64,000 bases of DNA from contig CAZLAQ010000009.1 of the NCBI GenBank assembly GCA_964557695.1, forward strand, positions 58 to 64,057, written 5' to 3'. A program made the position numbers and the translations under genes. This DNA is from an uncultured Candidatus Izemoplasmatales bacterium (GTDB lineage: Bacteria > Bacillota_I > Bacilli_A > Izemoplasmatales > Hujiaoplasmataceae). Positions 50,313-57,456 of this stretch are shown here, one piece after another; the first letter of the stretch is position 1; each line of letters opens with the position of its first letter. The notes under the pieces are model-generated. The model saw only the letters and a list, made by a program, of their open reading frames with translations, was not told the origin of the DNA and searched no databases.

Positions 50313-50368
50313 AATGTAACTTATGCTAAAGTAATTATATCATACCAACCTGAAAGAAACAAGTTTTT

Positions 50369-50665
50369 TTATTCCGTTTTTTTCGTTTTGACATTGATGA
50401 CGATATCTTGAAAATCGGGATATTTCTTGAACCAGTTGATGGCATACGGGCACTTTGCGACAATCTGTTTGTTTTGGCTTTTAATGTAGTAGTAAGCAAG
50501 TTGCATCAACTTTGATGCGATTCCCTGCCCGCGTAACGATTCGTCAACAAACACATGCTTGATGTCAATCCTGGATTCATCCCTTTTCGGCAACAAGATT
50601 TCTGTCAACAATTGCTTGTTTTCATTTTCGGCAAAAATCCTTTGGGCTTCATAGATATAATCCAT
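50369..50665 (-). CDS. Small GNAT-like N-acetyltransferase (YjdJ type)
   Basis: 98 aa. VDESLRGQGIASKLM...AKCPY pattern. Confidence 0.7.
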   Translation of the reverse strand: MDYIYEAQRIFAENENKQLLTEILLPKRDESRIDIKHVFVDESLRGQGIASKLMQLAYYYIKSQNKQIVAKCPYAINWFKKYPDFQDIVINVKTKKTE

Positions 50666-51384
50666 TATTTACTAACTCGAAATTTATACATTATGATTCC
50701 GCCGGCTACTCCGACATTGATTGATTCCATCCCGTTCATTTCAATCGTTACCGAGCTTTGGGTGAGATCCAGGAGTTCTTTTCTTACACCTTGTCCTTCA
50801 TTGCCCAACAACAATCCGATTTTTTCGGATTTTATTTCAGCTTGACCCAGGGGCAAACCTGTCAAGACATCCGTGCCGATATAATGGTATTCAGGGTGTT
50901 CTTTCATGAAATCAGACAGCGTTGCCTGACGACAAGTCACGTGAAAAAGTGCTCCTTGAGTGGAACGAATGACTTTGGGATTATATAAATCAACTGTATT
51001 TTCATAAATAATCGTCTCAAAACCAAACGCTTTGGCGCTTCTGAGCAGTGTGCCTAAATTCCCCGGATCCTGAATGCCATCAAGCAATAAGATCCTGTCA
51101 CCTATTCTAAAATCAGAGGACATGTGGCAAAGCGCAAAAATCTCCTGGGATTCTTCGACATCAGATATAAGTTTAAGCAATGGCTCGCTCAGCAGGATTG
51201 TGTCTTTTTCCCAAAAAGTGACCGCATCTTTTGCGATCACTTCCAAACACAAACCGCAAGCGATGGCTTCTTTGACAAGATGCACGCCTTCGACGAGAAA
51301 TTGGTTGTTAAGAAGTCGGTATTTTTTTTGTTTAAGTTTCATCAAGTCCTTGAAGAAATTGTTTCTTGCAGAAGAAATCACCAT
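50665..51384 (-). CDS. TrmH/SpoU family RNA 2'-O-methyltransferase
   Basis: Motifs DGIQDPGNLGTLLRSA, LLLGNEGQGV, SINVGVAGGIIMY. Start trimmed to 51384 (GGTGAT SD) because the upstream ORF extension contains the terminator of the giant gene. Confidence 0.85.
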   Translation of the reverse strand: MVISSARNNFFKDLMKLKQKKYRLLNNQFLVEGVHLVKEAIACGLCLEVIAKDAVTFWEKDTILLSEPLLKLISDVEESQEIFALCHMSSDFRIGDRILLLDGIQDPGNLGTLLRSAKAFGFETIIYENTVDLYNPKVIRSTQGALFHVTCRQATLSDFMKEHPEYHYIGTDVLTGLPLGQAEIKSEKIGLLLGNEGQGVRKELLDLTQSSVTIEMNGMESINVGVAGGIIMYKFRVSK

Positions 51385-51410
51385 ATTTATCACCAAATCA
51401 ATTATAACAC

Positions 51411-51452
51411 ATAAAAAAAAGAGGAGCCAAAATTTTGCAATTTGGCTCCTCA
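51411..51452 (-). terminator. Strong intrinsic terminator after the giant lipoprotein gene
   Basis: 11-bp stem GAGGAGCCAAA/TTTGGCTCCTC followed by U8 in minus sense. Confidence 0.8.
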
Positions 51453-51466
51453 TAAATCATGAAAAT

Positions 51467-54400
51467 TTATTCAATTTCGCCGGTCTCATTTTGTGAAAAC
51501 AGACCTCCGAAGTCTTGGATGTAGGTGATCAAAGTCATGATCTCATCATAATCAGTCTCTGTCAGCATCAATAAATCGAACTCGTTAACCAAATACATCT
51601 GGTCGATAAAATTCACTACCGTTTCTGTAACATCAAGACGGAAATCTTCAATCGTCCAACCTTCATCAGGCAGGAACACTGTTGCATAGCTTGATATTAA
51701 TTCGCTAAGGAAAGTGTTGAGTTGCGATCCCGGATTACTAGTTCCGGATGCATCGAAAAAGATCGGCCCAAACAAGATCATCAGATTTTGCATTTTTTCC
51801 AGTATTTCTTCTGGAGTAGTAAATTCATTGAAATCGAAATAATAGTTCGAGAAAACTTTGTTCAGGATCATGAAGTCTTCTTTTGTCAAATCTTCAAGCA
51901 CTGCATCAAGACGGTTCATCAGCAAGGCGAGTGTTGCTTTCGCCAAGATAACATTGTCTGGATCGCTGAAGAAATCATCAAACATCGATAACATCATGAT
52001 ACCTTGCGAAGTCCGTTCAATATTGTCTTGGGCTTCTTCAATCCACATTGAATACATTTCAGCCCAATGCTGCGAATCTAGTCTGTCTCCTCGTTGCCAG
52101 TCAATGTAATAACCGAAATCATTCAACTCGGAAGTGACAACTATATATGAATTCAAATTATTCCATAAATCCACGTATTGTCTTTCTGCATTCCAATAAT
52201 TACTTGCAGCATTCAAAATCGGCATATAGACATCTTTTTCCGCTTGTCTCAAGGAATCATACAAATAATTAAAGGCATCAATGTTGGGTTCTGTTTCCAT
52301 GTTGCCCGCCCAATATAGCTCAAGTTCGAAGTATCGCTCTGAATCAAAATAGAATTCTTCGTGCGAGAAGCCTTCATGATACATTGAATTCCAGAATGAA
52401 TATACCATATCACGGTAGATTCCTTGGTTATACATTTGCTCGGCAATTGCTGCTGCCCCTGAATTTGTAATCGCCAATAATGCGATTTCAGCTGCCACAT
52501 CGGCATCGATTTGAGCTACATCATCTTCGTAATATGCTAACTGAACTTCAAAATCGAGGATGTCTTGTTCCCAAGCTTCAATTTGTTCTTCATCCGAATT
52601 ATCAGCTATCGCCATATTCAATCTGGAAATGGCAAAATTGATCAGGTACGTTGCCAAGTCTTCATTGCTAAAGCCGATGCCTCGGAGGGATCGATAGAAG
52701 TCAAGAACGTCATAGAAGGAACGCATTTCAGGCAAATTCCTCATGAACGAGCCTAACAACATAATCCGATAATAAGCTGCTTCCTCATCTTCAACTTCGA
52801 ATAGATCGATAAAATTCTGAATCTCAATCCCGATTTGTTCTTCAGTAATCTCTTCACCATACATTGATATGATCAGGTTAACAAAATCCTGATGTTCATA
52901 AAGCAATGAGATTGGGAGCGGATATACTAGGCCTTCTGGATTTTGAATATTTTGACCAATCCATTCGCCATATTTGTACAATTCGAAGATTGTAGCATAA
53001 TTCTCATCTGTCAGATTCATCGGGTCAAAGGATGCAATCTCATAGGCGTACGCCAGTAGATCTTCAACATGACTGAGAACAATTGTCTGGAGATCTGTCA
53101 TGTCTAATTCTTCGTAATCAAACATGTACATAATGTCAAAATAAAGCTCAACTGCGTAATTAAAGATGGTTTCGTAATCAAAGGTGTCAGGAACTTCTAA
53201 GGTTTCGTCATAACACAAGATATCAATCAAAGTCGACACTCCGATAATAATTTGAGCCATTGAAGCGTTGTCGACGAAGAGATTCGGAGCCAGAGCCACG
53301 AATGTATTTAATTCTTCCAAACTGATTCCATCTAATGTCACGGCAACTATGTCAAGCACATCCCGAACCCTGTCAAAATACTTGTTAATAGCTAAATTGA
53401 TTATAACCATTTTCAAATCGACTTCAACTTGTGACTGGCCTTCAGCCAAGAACTGGATTTCCAGCATATCGATAGCAAAAGCTTTGATATTTGCTTCGTC
53501 GGTAGCATCTATTGTTGAGAACAATGTTCCGATAACAGCAGATATATCCTGAATATAGCCTAGTACAGCTTCAGGAGACAAGTCGATATTTGGTCCGTCA
53601 ATTTCGGGCTCCTCAGACATGACTCTTAGTCCGAAGTTCATACTGCCCATAATCAATTCCATAAATGTGTCAAAGGTTTCTGAATTGGCAGTATTGACCA
53701 AATTGGTGATTTCATCCGCGGCAACAAGCATGACATCTATTGTCAGTTGCAAGTTATCTGGGTCATCCAAATAATCGAGGATCATTTCTGCTCTGGCTTT
53801 GTCAATGGCAAGATATTCCAGGGATTCATTATTTTCATCAATCCATTTTTCAAGATTCTGGATGTCATAGTAGAATTCTTCATAATATTCAATAGCATTC
53901 CAGTAATATTCGTTAACACCAGTCGCCTGATACAAGTCCGAAACGAATGAGTCCATTAGCGGATCATATACTAAAGTTTTCCATTCAGAATATTCGACAA
54001 GTAAGTCAATCACATCCTGATAGAGTTCTTGTTCCTCTTGTCTCAGTTGATTCCAAAGCAAATCGAAATCATCTTGTGTCTTGTACCCTATGTAAATATC
54101 TTCCAGACAGTCAGTCAAATCAAAATATGTATCGTAATCAAAGATATCACTTGAATACATCATGTCAGAAACCAAAATATTGATGTCCGCTAACATGCTG
54201 ACTTCTGTTGTCATCACATGCCAGTAAATCATGTAATTGTCAATCAGCGTCTGGTTTAAGCCACTTATCTTGAATAAAATAGTATTTTCGATATCCTGAA
54301 TATGACCTTCATCTTCGATGATCATATCTTCATAATTGGATATCCAATTCTCGTAATAATCTTTTTCAGTGTCGAAATGCCCACCAGGAGCAAGTTGTTT

Positions 54401-57244
54401 GGTAAAATTATAAATTATGAAATTCACGACGCATTGCGCCATTTCTGGACGGGTATAGCCATAATTATCAAAACCGGCAACCCAGGCTTGCACATCAGAA
54501 AACGATGTAATTGCCGTTACGCTCATTACTTGAAGCATCAGCGTTTGAAGCAGATAATATGCCGTTTCTTCATCGGTTTCATTAAGGATACCCATCAAAT
54601 CGAGGATCTTTTGGTCCGCTTCTTCCTCGGTTAGATAACCATCGGACATATTTTGTACTAGGTCGACAAAAGCCTGATGCGTGTAGCCGAATTCAATTGG
54701 TTCAAGAATCGATTCGAATCCGGAAGAAAACATCCCAGCCAAGGCCTGGCCTCTCGCCATAAATTCCTCCATTGCGATTACGCCGTCTACCCCGATAGCT
54801 ACCGGATTGTAAGCACCGATAATAGCCGATAGTTCGAGAAGTCTAGCAATATTTAGATTGGCAGCTGCCTTGACAGATGCTTTCAAAACTTCATCAGGTT
54901 CGAATTGAGTAGTTATATCATAATAAAGATTGATAACATCGTCAACAATCATGGATAGATCTAGCGAACCGTCTCCAAGCATTACATCAGCGAAATTGGC
55001 GATTGTCCAAATCATCAGGACATAATTATCGGGCCCATCATCTTCCAAAACGCTCATATCCGGGCCATCTGGTCCGTTCTGGGCAAACAGTTTCACAAAG
55101 TCAAGTATCGCTTCGACCTTGACAACATCAATCGAATTTAGGAAATTGATTAAGTTGTCGAATTCATCTAAGGCCATAGTGACATATTCTTCCACTTTCG
55201 GCAATGCCAAACTTAAGATAAGAGCTTTTTCTGTTTCTGTCATATCCTGGCTCTGGATTACACGGGTCAGAATATCTTCTCCAATTGTAACCAAGTTGTC
55301 GATTGAAATGGCTCCAGTATCAAATTTGGTTTGGAAAAATTCCAAAATATCTACAAACTTCGGAATGTAAAATGCTAAATTCTCCGGAGTCAATAGGAAA
55401 GATAAGTCAGGATTTTCATCTTCTTCCAAGTTCATTGTCAAATGCATAATTTCCATGACAAGGTCAAATAAATCAGAATCGACAGTTGTCAGTAATTCTT
55501 TGGCAGAAGTATATAAATCTTCGACCAGTTCTCTGATATTTGCCAATCCTCCCGGAGTTTGCAGATAACCATAGAAAATCGACATGGTCCGGTGTTGATC
55601 GAGCATTCTGGCTCTTTCTTGCTGAGAATTATTTATTTCTCCATGCCAATTCTGATTATCCCAAAACAAATTCTGGTAATCTCCGAAATACCATACGATT
55701 TGATTTTTTACCAGCCTATGATCTCCCGTCGTGTCGATAATACCGTCCAAAGAATCTTCAAGCGGATAATAAACCGTATCTTCATATAAGAGGTATGCCC
55801 AAAACGCATTCAGAATCGGCATATACGCTGTATATTCATCTGGATTTAATGTCAATAATAGTCCATTGTAGTCGCTCAGATACGCAGCTGCTTCCGACAG
55901 ATTAATGTCTTCATAAGTGTAATAGAAATACTGATCAATCAACTCTTGCAGTTCCTGATAGCGCTCGGAACCCTCAAAATCTACAGATCTAAAGTAATCG
56001 TTGTACAATCGATCGTATTCCATAAAATAGTTGTTTAAATTTTGAACCGATGCATCGTAATATGCGATGCATTCAGAAGGCATTGAAGTGGAAGTCGTGC
56101 AATAATTAACTACGTCACTTCTGATACCATCCATCATTATTTGATTTTCATCGACGCGATTTTGGAAATAGGCAATATCGTCATCGATGTATGAAATGTC
56201 AAAGTACTCATAACTATTTGCTATCATCGTCGACAGCATGTGCATCAAAGTATTGACAACAAATTCGTCGTCCATGTCGGGGTTGCCAGTCAATTCAGCT
56301 ACCCATGTATTGAAATCTTCCGCATTGTCAATGGTCTGCAATTCGCCAAACTTCGTTGTTACAAACGAAAGAATTTGATAAAGATGTTCTTCGGAGAAAA
56401 TACCTAGAACATATAAGTACATGTCTATTTCTTCTTCGATTTCCATCTCGGTCAATTCATCTTCTGTCATCATTTGGATCAAAGCAATCAGATCAGCTCT
56501 GTCAAATTCGCCGCTCGCATCCAAATACTCGACGTCATACACTGGTCTTACAACCATGTTTTCCGTAATGCCAGTCAGATCATGATCCCAATATACAAAT
56601 GTATATCTGTAGTGGGAGGTATCAGACAATGAAGGCCCTGCGGGAGGTGTCACGTCTCCACCATATGCAATGACTGCCTCCAAAAGGATCGTGCCATCTT
56701 CATTCAAGAAGGTAACTGTCACCTCTTCAGGAAGAGTAGCCGAAGTTTCAGTTGATTCTGTTGAAACCGTGGTTGTCGGGACAGTAGTCACAGTGGTCGT
56801 CGTAGCTGTTGTAGTTGCGGTAGTACTCACGGTCGTTGTTGCCGTGGTTGTCGGGACAGTTGTCACGGTCGTTGTGGCAGTTGTAACCGCAGTGGTGACT
56901 GCAGTCGTTGTTGCCGTGGTTGTCGGGACAGTAGTCACAGTGGTCGTCGCAGCTGTTGTAGCTGCAGTAGTTGTCACGGTCGTTGTGGCAGTTGTAACCG
57001 CAGTGGTTAACGCCGTTGTAGTTGTTCCAGCAGTTGCAGCAGTTGTTGTGACAGCTGTAGCACCTGTTGTTGTACCGGCGGTTGTAATAGCGGTTGTTTC
57101 AGCAGTTGTTACCGAAGTGTCTCCAGCAGTTGTTGTTGCAGCGGTAGTAATAAACGTTGTTGTTCCGCCACCAAAAAAATCGCAACCAACAAGGAAAAGT
57201 CCGAAAAACACAAAAAATAGTAAGGCTAAAATCTTTCCTTTCAT
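51467..57244 (-). CDS. Giant (1,925 aa) highly acidic surface lipoprotein of unknown function: Thr/Ala stalk, one Flg_new-like domain, then three paralogous ~500-600-aa modules
   Basis: SD AAGGAGGA at 57251-57258. Signal peptide with lipobox LFLVG|C (Cys21). Composition and internal repeats were read directly from the translation. No catalytic or known adhesin motif recognised. Confidence 0.85.
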   Translation of the reverse strand: MKGKILALLFFVFFGLFLVGCDFFGGGTTTFITTAATTTAGDTSVTTAETTAITTAGTTTGATAVTTTAATAGTTTTALTTAVTTATTTVTTTAATTAATTTVTTVPTTTATTTAVTTAVTTATTTVTTVPTTTATTTVSTTATTTATTTTVTTVPTTTVSTESTETSATLPEEVTVTFLNEDGTILLEAVIAYGGDVTPPAGPSLSDTSHYRYTFVYWDHDLTGITENMVVRPVYDVEYLDASGEFDRADLIALIQMMTEDELTEMEIEEEIDMYLYVLGIFSEEHLYQILSFVTTKFGELQTIDNAEDFNTWVAELTGNPDMDDEFVVNTLMHMLSTMIANSYEYFDISYIDDDIAYFQNRVDENQIMMDGIRSDVVNYCTTSTSMPSECIAYYDASVQNLNNYFMEYDRLYNDYFRSVDFEGSERYQELQELIDQYFYYTYEDINLSEAAAYLSDYNGLLLTLNPDEYTAYMPILNAFWAYLLYEDTVYYPLEDSLDGIIDTTGDHRLVKNQIVWYFGDYQNLFWDNQNWHGEINNSQQERARMLDQHRTMSIFYGYLQTPGGLANIRELVEDLYTSAKELLTTVDSDLFDLVMEIMHLTMNLEEDENPDLSFLLTPENLAFYIPKFVDILEFFQTKFDTGAISIDNLVTIGEDILTRVIQSQDMTETEKALILSLALPKVEEYVTMALDEFDNLINFLNSIDVVKVEAILDFVKLFAQNGPDGPDMSVLEDDGPDNYVLMIWTIANFADVMLGDGSLDLSMIVDDVINLYYDITTQFEPDEVLKASVKAAANLNIARLLELSAIIGAYNPVAIGVDGVIAMEEFMARGQALAGMFSSGFESILEPIEFGYTHQAFVDLVQNMSDGYLTEEEADQKILDLMGILNETDEETAYYLLQTLMLQVMSVTAITSFSDVQAWVAGFDNYGYTRPEMAQCVVNFIIYNFTKQLAPGGHFDTEKDYYENWISNYEDMIIEDEGHIQDIENTILFKISGLNQTLIDNYMIYWHVMTTEVSMLADINILVSDMMYSSDIFDYDTYFDLTDCLEDIYIGYKTQDDFDLLWNQLRQEEQELYQDVIDLLVEYSEWKTLVYDPLMDSFVSDLYQATGVNEYYWNAIEYYEEFYYDIQNLEKWIDENNESLEYLAIDKARAEMILDYLDDPDNLQLTIDVMLVAADEITNLVNTANSETFDTFMELIMGSMNFGLRVMSEEPEIDGPNIDLSPEAVLGYIQDISAVIGTLFSTIDATDEANIKAFAIDMLEIQFLAEGQSQVEVDLKMVIINLAINKYFDRVRDVLDIVAVTLDGISLEELNTFVALAPNLFVDNASMAQIIIGVSTLIDILCYDETLEVPDTFDYETIFNYAVELYFDIMYMFDYEELDMTDLQTIVLSHVEDLLAYAYEIASFDPMNLTDENYATIFELYKYGEWIGQNIQNPEGLVYPLPISLLYEHQDFVNLIISMYGEEITEEQIGIEIQNFIDLFEVEDEEAAYYRIMLLGSFMRNLPEMRSFYDVLDFYRSLRGIGFSNEDLATYLINFAISRLNMAIADNSDEEQIEAWEQDILDFEVQLAYYEDDVAQIDADVAAEIALLAITNSGAAAIAEQMYNQGIYRDMVYSFWNSMYHEGFSHEEFYFDSERYFELELYWAGNMETEPNIDAFNYLYDSLRQAEKDVYMPILNAASNYWNAERQYVDLWNNLNSYIVVTSELNDFGYYIDWQRGDRLDSQHWAEMYSMWIEEAQDNIERTSQGIMMLSMFDDFFSDPDNVILAKATLALLMNRLDAVLEDLTKEDFMILNKVFSNYYFDFNEFTTPEEILEKMQNLMILFGPIFFDASGTSNPGSQLNTFLSELISSYATVFLPDEGWTIEDFRLDVTETVVNFIDQMYLVNEFDLLMLTETDYDEIMTLITYIQDFGGLFSQNETGEIE
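51470..52897 (-). repeat. Protein-level module C of the giant lipoprotein (res 1450-1925, shorter)
   Basis: Landmarks HQDFVNLI, TEEQIGIEIQNF, DEEAAYYRIMLL, DVYMPILNAASNYW and KEDFMILNKVF. Confidence 0.6.
52898..54682 (-). repeat. Protein-level module B of the giant lipoprotein (res 855-1449)
   Basis: Landmarks HQAFVDLV, TEEEADQKILDL, DEETAYYLLQTL and SETFDTFMELIM. Confidence 0.6.
54683..56524 (-). repeat. Protein-level module A of the giant lipoprotein (res 241-854)
   Basis: Landmarks EFDRADLI, SEEHLYQIL, YTAYMPILNAFWAY and DSDLFDLVMEIM occur in the same order as in modules B and C. Confidence 0.6.
56525..56722 (-). other. Listeria-Bacteroides repeat (Flg_new / InlB B-repeat)-like segment within the giant lipoprotein
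   Basis: VTVTFLNEDGTILLEAVIAYGGDVTPPAGPSL..YRYTFVYWDHDLTGITENMVVRPVY fits the vtF..dG....v..G....P..P...gY.F.gW.......i.....v.a.Y pattern. Confidence 0.5.
56741..57166 (-). repeat. Thr/Ala-codon low-complexity tract with interleaved near-identical DNA repeats (stalk of the giant lipoprotein)
   Basis: A ~47-nt segment at 56768-56814 recurs at 56915-56961 with one mismatch. About 29 nt at 56832-56860 recurs at 56905-56933. About 35 nt at 56861-56895 recurs near 56971-57005. Confidence 0.8.
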
Positions 57245-57267
57245 AAAAATTCCTCCTTATTTATTCT

Positions 57268-57302
57268 ATTATACGAAATATATCACAATATGAATATATC
57301 AC
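57268..57302 (-). promoter_or_regulatory. Putative -10 (TATAAT) of the giant gene, preceded by two 10-bp direct repeats (GTGATATATT)
   Basis: Minus sense reads GTGATATATT-catatt-GTGATATATT-tcg-TATAAT. Repeat copies lie at 57293-57302 and 57277-57286, and the -10 at 57268-57273. Confidence 0.4.
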
Positions 57303-57348
57303 TAAACATAGAAAAAAGCCATATATCAAGGAGGCTTTTTTACATATT

Positions 57349-57364
57349 TGACAATAAATTGTCA
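57349..57364. promoter_or_regulatory. Perfect 16-bp palindrome TGACAAT-AA-ATTGTCA upstream of the giant gene promoter (candidate operator)
   Basis: Read directly from the sequence. Lies about 105 nt upstream of the ATG at 57244. Confidence 0.3.
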
Positions 57365-57404
57365 CTCAAGCACGAAAAACACAGCAATTGTATTCGATTT
57401 TCGA

Positions 57405-57436
57405 AGAAAAAAAGAGCCGACCGAAGTCAGCTCTCA
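57405..57436 (-). terminator. Intrinsic terminator after the beta-propeller lipoprotein gene
   Basis: GAGCTGAC-ttcg-GTCGGCTC (one mismatch) followed by U7 in minus sense. Confidence 0.65.
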
Positions 57437-57456
57437 TTAACATATTTCAATGCAAA

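Noticed and set aside
51385-51453. N-terminal extensions shown in the ORF track for several genes (for example 50665-51453, 16127-17344, 10569-11372, 24601-25230, 5611-6210, 6167-7132)
   Set aside because: The extensions overlap upstream genes or terminators and lack an SD. Internal ATG or GTG codons with good SDs that sit just after the upstream stop were preferred.
56741-57166. Repetitive DNA considered as a CRISPR array or mobile-element remnant
   Set aside because: The repeats are in frame and Thr/Ala-coding, lie inside a long ORF, and are interleaved rather than arranged as repeat-spacer units. No cas, transposase or integrase genes occur anywhere in the window.
51467-57244. Tested the giant protein by eye for RTX (GGxGxD), cadherin/Big, LRR, YD/Rhs, polymorphic-toxin or S-layer (SLH) signatures, and for a nearby DGR reverse transcriptase
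   Set aside because: None of these motifs is present and no RT or accessory genes are adjacent. I therefore leave it as an unknown-function surface lipoprotein rather than naming a family.
56670-57293. 207-aa Val/Ala-rich plus-strand ORF
   Set aside because: It is simply the reverse-complement reading of the Thr/Ala codon tract of the giant lipoprotein, and it runs across that gene's SD and start.
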